Positions 24,213-32,901 of a DNA stretch of 55,647 nt are shown here, in pieces. The DNA lies in NCBI GenBank assembly GCA_965233185.1, contig CBDDSA010000059.1:1-55647 (forward strand). Direction: 5' to 3'. Made by a program: the position numbers and the translations under genes. The first letter of the stretch is position 1, and each line of letters begins with the position of its first letter. A model generated the notes under the pieces. That model searched no databases. It was given only the letters and a program-made list of their open reading frames with translations, and was not told the DNA's origin. Source of the DNA: an uncultured bacterium. GTDB taxonomy: Bacteria > Pseudomonadota > Gammaproteobacteria > Burkholderiales > SG8-39.

Positions 24213-24280
24213 CTAGTTCTGCTCTCCTCCTCGGGTCCCGCTGTCGGGGACGGCCAGACGCCTTTTCTGAACTTCAGCAG
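24213..24280 (-). pseudogene. 3' remnant of a fourth LVIVD paralog
   Basis: Minus strand reads LLKFRKGVWP, then after a 1-nt loss PDSGTRGGEQN-TAG, matching the paralog 2 tail LKFRKGVWPFPDSRTPPGEQN; 2 nt before the next ATG, as between paralogs 1 and 2. Confidence 0.8.
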
Positions 24281-24378
24281 CGAAGTTGTGCTGCTTTTTG
24301 CAGCATTATTCCCGCGCCGACTTACATGGCACTTACGATTGTCGTCAATCTAAAGCGCAGCGCCCGTTGAATTGAATC

Positions 24379-24413
24379 CAAACGATCATGAACTGAGAGC
24401 AAACGCTCATGAA
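24379..24413. promoter_or_regulatory. 14-bp direct repeat with 21-bp period in the divergent promoter region
   Basis: CAAACGATCATGAA (24379-24392) and CAAACGCTCATGAA (24400-24413), one mismatch, in an AT-rich gap between two divergent operons. Confidence 0.5.
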
Positions 24414-24491
24414 TGGTATTGCAGTGCGGTTAGGTGGCCCCGTTCGCTTACATGCCGCTTATGGTTACCATCGGCCTCGGGAGGATCCTTG

Positions 24492-25757
24492 TTGAAGCTT
24501 TGGTTGGCACCCCTGCTGGCGCTGGTCGCCGGCAGCGCCGCGGCGTTCGAAAGCGACGTGCATTACGGCATGACGTTCTGGCTTGCCCTCAAGGCGGGCT
24601 TCAACGAGCGCGAAGCCGCGACGGTCGCGACCGGCAACCAGCGCGTCGACTCGGGCGACATGCAGTACATCGACCTTGGCCTCATGTACGCCTGCCTGGG
24701 CAAGGACGACGTTGGGATGCAGCGCGCCCGGGCGCACCACTACCCGGCGGGCGCCGCCGGCGGCGAAGCTGCCAGGAAGCCCGCGCTCGAGATGATAAAG
24801 ACGGCGCCCGACAAGTCGGGATTCATGTTGCTCAAGCTCGGCGAAGCGCTGCATGTGCTGCAGGACTCCTGGGCGCACCAGGGCGAGCCGGAAGCACCGC
24901 TCGGCGGCAGGACCGGCGTCGAATGCGACGCGGCGCGCACGTGGGGACACGCCAAGGCGCGCGGCGGCGCGCGCTCGCACCGCGCCGACCTGACGCGCTA
25001 CTGGCCTGCCGACACGCTCGCCGCCGCCCGGGCAACGTATGAGGTGCTCATGCGATATCCGGCCGTCGGCGGCGTCAAGCGCACGCCGCAGGCATGGGAC
25101 GAGATCCGCCCGCTGCTCGACGGCTTTCTCAAGGCATCGACGAAGACGCAAAAGCGCGCCTGGTTCGCCCAGGAGCGCGTCCAGGATGTGTCGTTCCTGG
25201 AAGGCATCAGCCTGCCCGATGGCGCGAAGCCGTTCGAGCTGCGCTGGAACGGCCGGCGCCTGCCTCCGGTGCCGACGCACCAGTCCCGCCAGCATCAGGT
25301 CGACGCGGAGCTGCTCGAGTTCTTCCACCGCTTCTTCGAGCGTTGGCTGGGGGCCCGCGATTTCGCGGCGCTCGCCAGGGAGTTCGGCCCCGCGGCAGCG
25401 GCGCCCCGCGCCGAGCTTGCCGCGCGCCTAAAGCTGTGGCGCCTGCGCGACCACGGGCGGGTTGCCGAGCTCGCGCACAAGGCGGGGGCGCTCACCAGGA
25501 ACGAGCGCAATCGCGTCGATTCGATCAAGCCGCTCGCGACCTACGAGCAGCCCCTGGACGCCTACTTTCCGCTGCTGCCGCGCATCGAGGGCGTGTCGCC
25601 CCTGCTGCCTTTCTTCGTCGCCGAAACAGCCAAGGATCGCACCGCGCTGGCGGCGGTGAAGTTCCGGCATGCGCCGTACGACGCGCTCGCCGTCGTCGCG
25701 GCGAAGAACGGCGGGCGCTGGCGCATAGAATCGGTGCTTGCCACGATCGACCACTGA
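24492..25757 (+). CDS. secreted protein, Zn-phospholipase C/P1-nuclease-like N-terminus
   Basis: GGAGG + TTG; signal ends AAA-F; FESDVHY near the mature N-terminus, QRVD, HHY and LGEALHVLQDSWAH metal-ligand pattern. Confidence 0.55.
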   Translation: MKLWLAPLLALVAGSAAAFESDVHYGMTFWLALKAGFNEREAATVATGNQRVDSGDMQYIDLGLMYACLGKDDVGMQRARAHHYPAGAAGGEAARKPALEMIKTAPDKSGFMLLKLGEALHVLQDSWAHQGEPEAPLGGRTGVECDAARTWGHAKARGGARSHRADLTRYWPADTLAAARATYEVLMRYPAVGGVKRTPQAWDEIRPLLDGFLKASTKTQKRAWFAQERVQDVSFLEGISLPDGAKPFELRWNGRRLPPVPTHQSRQHQVDAELLEFFHRFFERWLGARDFAALAREFGPAAAAPRAELAARLKLWRLRDHGRVAELAHKAGALTRNERNRVDSIKPLATYEQPLDAYFPLLPRIEGVSPLLPFFVAETAKDRTALAAVKFRHAPYDALAVVAAKNGGRWRIESVLATIDH

Positions 25758-26734
25758 TGCCGTTCTACGCCGCCGCTTGCCAGACCGACTTCCCCTGCCC
25801 CGCCACACGCGCGGATATCGGCGAGCGCACGCGCCGCATGTGCACCATCGCCGAGCAGACGATCCTCGGCTACGCGCCATTCTTCGACGTGCGCCTGCTC
25901 GCGTTTCCCGAGTTCGCGCATGCCGCGCCGGCGTATCCGACGGTCGCAGAGCTCAGGCGCCACCTCGCTGTGCCGGTACCGAACGAGCACACCGCCGCCT
26001 ACGAGGACCTCGCGCGCAAGCATGGCTGCTATATCCAGACCGGCACCTTCCTCGAAGCCGACCCGGATTGGCCCGAAGCGGTGTTCAACACCACGGTGCT
26101 GGTCGGGCCGAAAGGCATCCAGCTCAAGTACCGCAAGGTGAATCCCTGGATTCCCTGGGAGGTGCATGCCAGTCCGCACGACCTGCCCGGCTACCGCGAC
26201 AATCCGTTCCCGGTGGCCGACACCGAGCTCGGCCGCATCGGCGTGGCGATCTGCTACGACTGGCTGTTTCCGGAGAGCATTCGCCAGCTCGCCTTCAATG
26301 GCGCCGAGATCCTGGTGCGCGTTTCTGCCTATATGGACCCGTGGGGCGCGACCGCCCCCATGGACTGGTGGACTCTTTTCAACCGCGCGCGCGCCGCGGA
26401 AAATACGGCTTACGTAGTCGCCGCCAACCAGGGTGCGCAGCTGCGCAATTACCCGCCGTTCAGCTGGCCCGGCGGCAGCATGGTGGTCGACTACGACGGA
26501 CGCATCCTCGCGCAGGCCGACCCCGGCCCGGGCGAGAAAGTGGTGGTGGCGCCGATCGACATCGCCGCGTTGCGCGCCGAGCGCGCGCGGCGCACCGGCC
26601 ACGACATGCGCGCGCATCTGCGCAGCGAAGTCCACGACTACCTGCGCGGCGGCTGGCTCGCACCGGGCGGCGAGCGGCCGCTGACCCAGGAGGACATCGA
26701 GCGGCGCATCGCGGATGCCAAAGGCAAGCTTTAG
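25757..26734 (+). CDS. nitrilase-superfamily carbon-nitrogen hydrolase
   Basis: Catalytic triad motifs FPEF (Glu), YRK (Lys), ICYD (Cys); TGATG coupling to the upstream gene. Confidence 0.9.
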   Translation: MPFYAAACQTDFPCPATRADIGERTRRMCTIAEQTILGYAPFFDVRLLAFPEFAHAAPAYPTVAELRRHLAVPVPNEHTAAYEDLARKHGCYIQTGTFLEADPDWPEAVFNTTVLVGPKGIQLKYRKVNPWIPWEVHASPHDLPGYRDNPFPVADTELGRIGVAICYDWLFPESIRQLAFNGAEILVRVSAYMDPWGATAPMDWWTLFNRARAAENTAYVVAANQGAQLRNYPPFSWPGGSMVVDYDGRILAQADPGPGEKVVVAPIDIAALRAERARRTGHDMRAHLRSEVHDYLRGGWLAPGGERPLTQEDIERRIADAKGKL

Positions 26735-29700
26735 GGCCGTTGTCGCGGTGTTGCTCCTGAGCGCTTGCGCGCCGCGGGAGCCCACCCCGGCCGAGCTCGC
26801 CGAGCTCGACCGCGGCGTCGGCCTGATGGGCAAGTTCGAGTTCCGCGAGGCGCACGACCTGTTTGCCCGGCTCGCCAAGCGGCATCCGCGCTGGTTCGAG
26901 GCGCGCTTCAACCTCGGGATAGCGACGCTCAACCGCCAGGCCGAAGGCGACGAGCGTGCAGCGGCCGAAGTGATGCGAGGGCTCCTCAAGCAACGCGCCG
27001 ATGACGCGCGCGTCCTGTATACGCTCGGCCTGATCGCGTTGCGCGGCGAACCGCCGAAGAACGCCGAGGTTCTGCTGCGGCAAGCCTTCGAGAAGGACCC
27101 GCGCGATGCCTACGCAGCGTATTTCCTCGGCCAGGCGGTGCTCGCGCAGGGCCGCCCCGCCGACGCGCTGGAGCTCTTCGAAGCCGCCGCCGCGCTCGAC
27201 CGCCGCCTGCGCAGTGCGCAGTACGGCGCGGCACAGGCGCTTGCGCGGCTCGGCCGCGGCCCCGAGGCCGAAGCGCGCATGGCGGAGTTCCAGCGCCAGG
27301 CCCACAATCCGCTGGCGCGCCTGGCAGAGTTCAAATACACGCGCATGGGACCGAAAAGCGAGGCGCTGCCCGCGCCGCGCGCGGCCGCGCACGCCGCGGT
27401 GCCATCGGGCGCGCTGTTCGCGAGTCCTTCCATACTTCTCGAGGCGAAGCCGCAGGCCGGCCAGCCGGTCGCCTCGTTCGCCGACATCGATGGCGACGGT
27501 GAGGTCGATCTCTTCATCCCGGGCGGCAGCGGGCAGCGCAGCCATGTTTTCCTGAAGCGCAGCCAGCGGTTCGAGAGGCAGCCTGAACATGCGCTGGCGA
27601 GGCTCGAAGGCATCGAGTTCGCGGCGTGGGGCGACCTCGACAACGACGGCCTCACGGACGCGCTGCTGTGTTCCGCCGGGCACGCGCCTGCAGTGAGGCG
27701 CAACTCCGGAAGCGGCGCCTGGCAGCCGCTCGCCGTCCCAGCGCTTTCCCGCGTGCGCGGGGCGCGCGACTGCGCGCTGCTCGATGCCGACCACGACGGC
27801 GATTTGGACTTGCTGATTATCAGCGCCGAGGGCCGCCGCGAGCTCGTCTCCAACAACGGCAACGGCAGCTTCCGCCCGCTTGCCGGCCGGCTGCCGAGGC
27901 CGCCGGCCGGCCGCGCCAGCCAGCTCCTCGCGGCCGACTTCGATAACGACCGCAGCCTCGACCTCGTCGTGCTGCGCGGCGAGGGGACGCACGAGGCGCT
28001 CTTCAACGACCTGCTGTGGACCTGGCGAACGGAGCCGGGATTCGGCGGGGTCGCGCGGCTGCCCGCGCTGGCGGCCGTCGCGGGAGATCCGCAGGCTACC
28101 GGCGAGAACGAGATCCTGGCACTGACGCCGGGGCTCGCGGTAGAGCGCTGGTTGCGGCAGCCCGACGGCGCGTGGCGCGCCGAGCCGCTCATCGAGCAAC
28201 CGCCGGCCGAGAAGCCTGCGGGCCGCGCGCAGATCGCGCTCGCCGATCTCGACGGCGACGGCAGGCCCGAGGTGCTCGCCACTTCGCCGCGCGGCCTGTC
28301 GGCGTGGCGCCTTTCCGGCGAGAGCATCTGGCAGCTCGAGGACCCGAACCTCGTCTCCTGGGCCCTCGCCAGCCTGGACGAGCGCGGCCCGTCGCTCGTC
28401 ACGCTGCACCGCGACGGCTCGGTCGCGCTGCACGCGCCCGGCCCGGGCCGCGCGCGCTTTGCGCGGGTCGCGCTTTCGGGCCGGCACGATGCCGCGACCT
28501 CGATCCGCTCCAACGCATCGGGCATCGGCGCGCGCGTCGCGGCGCGTATCGACGGCCGCTGGGTGGTCGCACAGACGCTGCGCGCCCAATCTGGCCCGGG
28601 GCAGAGCCTTGCGCCGCTTGCCCTCGGTTTGGACAATGCAGCGCGGATACAGTACCTGCGCATCGACTGGTCCGACGGCACTTTCCAGACCGAGACCGGC
28701 GTCGCCGGCGGCGAGTTGGTGCGTATCGCCGAAACCCAGCGGCAGCTCTCCAGCTGCCCCCTGCTTTTCGCCTGGGACGGACAGCGTCATGCTTTCGTCA
28801 GCGACTTCCTCGGCGTCGGCGGCCTCGGCTACCTGGTCGCGCCGGGCGAATATGCGCCGCCGCGGCCGTGGGAGAACTTCCTGATGCCCCCCGGCCTGCT
28901 GCAGCCCAAAGACGGCCGCTACGTGCTCAAGGTGGCCGAGCCGATGGAGGAAGCGGCCTATATCGATGCATTGCGCCTCGTCGCCTACGACCTGCCGCCG
29001 GGCTGGCAAATGGCGCTGGACGAGCGCATGCAGATCGGCGAGCCCAAGGTGAGCGGGCAGCCGTTCTACTATCGGCGAGCGGTGCTGCCGCAGCGCGCGG
29101 GCAACGAGCGGGGCGAGGATGTCAGCGCGGCGCTGCGCGAGGCCGACCGAAAAGCCGCCGACCCGGGCAGGCTCGATAGGCGCTTCATCGGGCGGCTCGC
29201 CGGCGAACACGTGCTGACGCTGGAATTCGAGGACGCGCTCGAAGGAACCGGCAAGCCGATCCTGGTCATCGACGGTTGGATCGAGTATCCGTATTCGCAA
29301 ACGATGTTCGCCGCGTGGCAGGCGGGCGCGCACTACCACGCGCCGACGCTGGAAGCGCGAGGCGCCGACGGCAGCTGGCAGGTGCTCCTGAAGGAATTCG
29401 GCTACCCCGCCGGCATGCCGCGCACCATGGCAGTCGCGCTGCCGCACCTGCCGCAGGGAACGCGGGCGCTGCGCCTGCGCACCAACCAGCAGATCTACTG
29501 GGACCGCATCTCGGTCGCATGGGCCGAGGATGCCTGGATCCAGCATCACGTGTTGCCCGTCGCGAAAGCGGAAGTGCGCGAGGCCGGATTCCCGCAGCGT
29601 TCTACCGGGCCGCAGCACCAGCCCGACTACGACTACACGCGGCGCGCGCCCCTGTGGGATACCCGGGTGCAAGCCGGCCATTACACCGCGTTCGGCGCTG

Positions 29701-30002
29701 CGGCGCCGCTCGTCGCCGCGCGCGATGATGCCCTGGCGATCATCGGGCCAGGCGAAGAGATCCACGTCGAGTTCCCTGCCGGCCTTGCACCTTTACCGAA
29801 TGGCTGGACGCGCCGCTTCGTGCTGGAGACGAACGGCTGGGCGAAGGACATGGACCTCTACACTCGCGATCGCGATACGCTCGGGCCGCTGCCGGCAGCC
29901 GGACAAGGCAGCGCCACGAAGAACGACCTTGACCGCCGTTTCAATCTGCGGCCCGCCAGCGTGCCAAACTTGCAAAGCGAAGGCCGCGCCGAAACCGATT
30001 GA
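26715..30002 (+). CDS. lipoprotein: TPR + FG-GAP repeats + ASPIC/UnbV + C-terminal beta domain
   Basis: Lipobox LSAC; TPR-like helices; DIDGDG/DLDNDG/DADHDG/DFDNDR/DLDGDG motifs; SNASGIGARV..IDWSDG; SSCPLLFAWDG C-terminal domain. Confidence 0.85.
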   Translation: MPKASFRAVVAVLLLSACAPREPTPAELAELDRGVGLMGKFEFREAHDLFARLAKRHPRWFEARFNLGIATLNRQAEGDERAAAEVMRGLLKQRADDARVLYTLGLIALRGEPPKNAEVLLRQAFEKDPRDAYAAYFLGQAVLAQGRPADALELFEAAAALDRRLRSAQYGAAQALARLGRGPEAEARMAEFQRQAHNPLARLAEFKYTRMGPKSEALPAPRAAAHAAVPSGALFASPSILLEAKPQAGQPVASFADIDGDGEVDLFIPGGSGQRSHVFLKRSQRFERQPEHALARLEGIEFAAWGDLDNDGLTDALLCSAGHAPAVRRNSGSGAWQPLAVPALSRVRGARDCALLDADHDGDLDLLIISAEGRRELVSNNGNGSFRPLAGRLPRPPAGRASQLLAADFDNDRSLDLVVLRGEGTHEALFNDLLWTWRTEPGFGGVARLPALAAVAGDPQATGENEILALTPGLAVERWLRQPDGAWRAEPLIEQPPAEKPAGRAQIALADLDGDGRPEVLATSPRGLSAWRLSGESIWQLEDPNLVSWALASLDERGPSLVTLHRDGSVALHAPGPGRARFARVALSGRHDAATSIRSNASGIGARVAARIDGRWVVAQTLRAQSGPGQSLAPLALGLDNAARIQYLRIDWSDGTFQTETGVAGGELVRIAETQRQLSSCPLLFAWDGQRHAFVSDFLGVGGLGYLVAPGEYAPPRPWENFLMPPGLLQPKDGRYVLKVAEPMEEAAYIDALRLVAYDLPPGWQMALDERMQIGEPKVSGQPFYYRRAVLPQRAGNERGEDVSAALREADRKAADPGRLDRRFIGRLAGEHVLTLEFEDALEGTGKPILVIDGWIEYPYSQTMFAAWQAGAHYHAPTLEARGADGSWQVLLKEFGYPAGMPRTMAVALPHLPQGTRALRLRTNQQIYWDRISVAWAEDAWIQHHVLPVAKAEVREAGFPQRSTGPQHQPDYDYTRRAPLWDTRVQAGHYTAFGAAAPLVAARDDALAIIGPGEEIHVEFPAGLAPLPNGWTRRFVLETNGWAKDMDLYTRDRDTLGPLPAAGQGSATKNDLDRRFNLRPASVPNLQSEGRAETD

Positions 30003-30072
30003 CGCCGCGTCAGCGGCTGCGCGAAGATTGTTCGCAAAGCCAGTTGAGTAAACCCTCGGGAGGAGAGGGCCC

Positions 30073-32901
30073 GTGGCCGAAAATGGCCTTCCACGCAAGA
30101 TCGTGTATGTGCCGGCCGTCGGGCCGCGGCTGAGGAAGCTGCTGTTCGCGGTATTCGCGCTGTTCGCAGTGCTGGCCGTGAACTCGGTCTACTTGGGCAC
30201 CATCACCTGGTTCGAGTGGCAGTCGGGCAAGACGCTGCAGGACTACTTCTACCAGCTGATGTTCTTGCTGCATCTCGCGCTCGGCCTGTTGATCATCGTG
30301 CCGGTGATCGTGTTCGGCGCGCTCCACTTGAAGAACGCCTGGCCGCGCCCGAACCGGCGCGCGGTACGCGCCGGGATCGCGCTCTTTACGTGCGCGCTCC
30401 TGCTTCTCGCCTCCGGGGTCGTGCTCACGCGCCTGGGTGCCTTCGAGGTGCGCGACCCGGCGGTGCGCGCGCTCGCGTACTGGCTGCATGTCATCACGCC
30501 GCTCGCGGTTGCGTGGCTGTTCGTGCTGCACCGGCTTGCCGGCAAGCGCATCAACTGGCGGCTCGGCGCACGCTGGGCGGGATTCGCCGGCGCCTTTGCG
30601 CTCGTGATGCTGGTCGTGCAGGCGCAGGACCCGCGCCGCTGGAACGAGAAGGGGCCGGCCTCCGGCGAAAAGTATTACTTCCCGTCCCTCGCGCGCACCG
30701 CCACCGGCAATTTCATTCCGGCACGCACGCTGCAGATGGACGGGTACTGCCGCGAGTGCCATCAGGACATCCACGAGAAGTGGAGCCACAGCGCGCACCG
30801 ATTCAGCTCGTTCAGCAACCCCGCGTATCTGTTCTCGGTACGCGAGACGCGCCGCGTAGCCAAGGAGCGCGACGGGAACCTGAACGCCTCGCGCTGGTGC
30901 GCGGGCTGCCATGACCCGGTGCCGTTCTTCTCGGGCGCCTTCGAGGACGCGCGCTTCGACAACCCAGACTACGACCTCGCCAAGGACCCGATGGCAGGCG
31001 CCGGCATTACCTGCACCACCTGCCACGCCGTCACGCACGTGAACTCGCCGCGCGGCAACGCCGATTTCACCATCGAGGAGCCGCTGCACTACCCCTTCGC
31101 CTTCAGCGACAACCCGGCGCTTGCCTGGCTCAACCGGCAGCTGGTCAAGTCCAAGCCGGCGTTCCACAAGAAGACCTTCCTGAAGGAGCACCACCGCAGC
31201 GCCGAGTTCTGTTCGACTTGCCACAAGGTGCACCTGCCGGAACAGCTCAACAAGTACAAGTGGGTGCGCGGGCAGAACCACTACGATACTTACCACCTCA
31301 GCGGCGTGTCGGGCCACGGCGTGCAGTCGTTCTACTATCCGCCGAAGGCGACGCACAACTGCAATGCCTGCCATATGCCGCTTGCGCGCTCGAACGATTT
31401 CGGCGCCCGAAGGTTCGACGAGAGCGGCGAGCTGAAGGTGCACGACCACCAATTCCCGTCGGCCAATACCGCGCTGCCCCACATGCTCGGCTACCCGGCG
31501 TGGGTCAATGAGGCACACCGCAAGTTCCTCGAGGGCGTGGTTCGCGTGGACCTGTTCGGCCTCAAGGAGGGCGGCACCATCGACGGCAAGCTGCACGCGC
31601 CGCTGCGCCCGGGGGTGCCGGTGCTCCAGCCGGGCAAGACCTATCTCCTGGAGACGGTCGTGCGTACGGTCAAGATGGGCCACCCACTTACACAAGGCAC
31701 GGTCGACTCCAACGAGCTGTGGCTGGAGATCATCGTCAAAAGCGGCCATCGGGTGATCGGGCGCAGCGGCGGCATGGACGGCGACGGAGCGGTCGATCCA
31801 TGGTCGCATTTCGTCAACGTGTACATGCTCGACCGCAATGGCAACCGCATCGACCGGCGCAACCCGCAGGACATCTTCACGCCGCTGTACAACAACCAGA
31901 TACCGCCCGGCGCGGCCGACACCGTGCACTACAGCTTCACCGTGCCGCAGCAGGCGCGCGCGCCGCTGACCATCGAGGCACGGCTGCACTATCGCAAGTT
32001 CGACGCAACGTATGTGCGGCACTTCATGCGCGACCCGCAGGCGAAGAACCGCCTGCCGGTGATCACCATGGCGGCCGACCGCGTCACATTCCCGATCAGC
32101 GGAGGCGAGGCAAGCAACCCGGCGTCGAAGATCGAGCTCTGGCAGCGCTGGAACGACTACGGCATCGGCCTGTTCCGCAAAGGGGGACGCGGCGAGCTAC
32201 GCCAGGCCGATGCCGCTTTTGCCGAGGTCGAGAAGCTCGGGCGCGGCGACGGCGCGCTCAACGTCGCGCGCGTCGCCTTGCGCGGGGGCCGGCTGGACGA
32301 GGCCGCCGCGGCGCTGGAGCGCGCGGCCAAGGTCCGAATCCCCGCCCCGGCATGGACCATCACGTGGTTCACGGGCCTGGTGAACAGGCAGAACGGCAGG
32401 CTCGACCAGGCGATCGCCGATTTTCGCGCAGTGATCGGCACGCAGTTCGCCGAGGCGCGCAGGCGCGAATTCGACTTCAGCCAGGACTACACCGCGCTTG
32501 CGCAGCTCGGCCAGACGCTCTTTGAGCGCGCGAAGATAGAGCGCGCGCCGCAGGCCCAGGCGCGCCGCGAGGCGCTGCTGGGGGAAGCGGCGCAGTGGTT
32601 CGAAAAGGCATTGGTGCTCGACTCCGAGGACCTCGCCTCTCATTACAACCTGTCCCTCATCGCAGGCCTCCTTGGCGACGAGGCGCGCGCCGAGAGGCAC
32701 CGCGCGCTGTACGCGCGCTACAAGCCTGACGAGAACGCGCGCGACACCACCGTGGCGAAGCATCGCGCGGCCAATCCTGCCGCCAACCATGCCGCCGAGC
32801 CGGTGGTGATCTACGCGTTACAGCGCCCCGGGTACTACACCGCGGACGTCGGTCCCATCCTGTCGGCCCCCGTTCCGCTGGCAAGCAGCTATGGCAAGTA
32901 G
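30073..32901 (+). CDS. membrane-anchored pentaheme cytochrome c with C-terminal TPR domain
   Basis: About 5 N-terminal TM helices; CRECH, CAGCH, CTTCH, CSTCH, CNACH; RWNDYGIG followed by TPR repeats; AGGAG RBS + GTG. Confidence 0.88.
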   Translation: MAENGLPRKIVYVPAVGPRLRKLLFAVFALFAVLAVNSVYLGTITWFEWQSGKTLQDYFYQLMFLLHLALGLLIIVPVIVFGALHLKNAWPRPNRRAVRAGIALFTCALLLLASGVVLTRLGAFEVRDPAVRALAYWLHVITPLAVAWLFVLHRLAGKRINWRLGARWAGFAGAFALVMLVVQAQDPRRWNEKGPASGEKYYFPSLARTATGNFIPARTLQMDGYCRECHQDIHEKWSHSAHRFSSFSNPAYLFSVRETRRVAKERDGNLNASRWCAGCHDPVPFFSGAFEDARFDNPDYDLAKDPMAGAGITCTTCHAVTHVNSPRGNADFTIEEPLHYPFAFSDNPALAWLNRQLVKSKPAFHKKTFLKEHHRSAEFCSTCHKVHLPEQLNKYKWVRGQNHYDTYHLSGVSGHGVQSFYYPPKATHNCNACHMPLARSNDFGARRFDESGELKVHDHQFPSANTALPHMLGYPAWVNEAHRKFLEGVVRVDLFGLKEGGTIDGKLHAPLRPGVPVLQPGKTYLLETVVRTVKMGHPLTQGTVDSNELWLEIIVKSGHRVIGRSGGMDGDGAVDPWSHFVNVYMLDRNGNRIDRRNPQDIFTPLYNNQIPPGAADTVHYSFTVPQQARAPLTIEARLHYRKFDATYVRHFMRDPQAKNRLPVITMAADRVTFPISGGEASNPASKIELWQRWNDYGIGLFRKGGRGELRQADAAFAEVEKLGRGDGALNVARVALRGGRLDEAAAALERAAKVRIPAPAWTITWFTGLVNRQNGRLDQAIADFRAVIGTQFAEARRREFDFSQDYTALAQLGQTLFERAKIERAPQAQARREALLGEAAQWFEKALVLDSEDLASHYNLSLIAGLLGDEARAERHRALYARYKPDENARDTTVAKHRAANPAANHAAEPVVIYALQRPGYYTADVGPILSAPVPLASSYGK

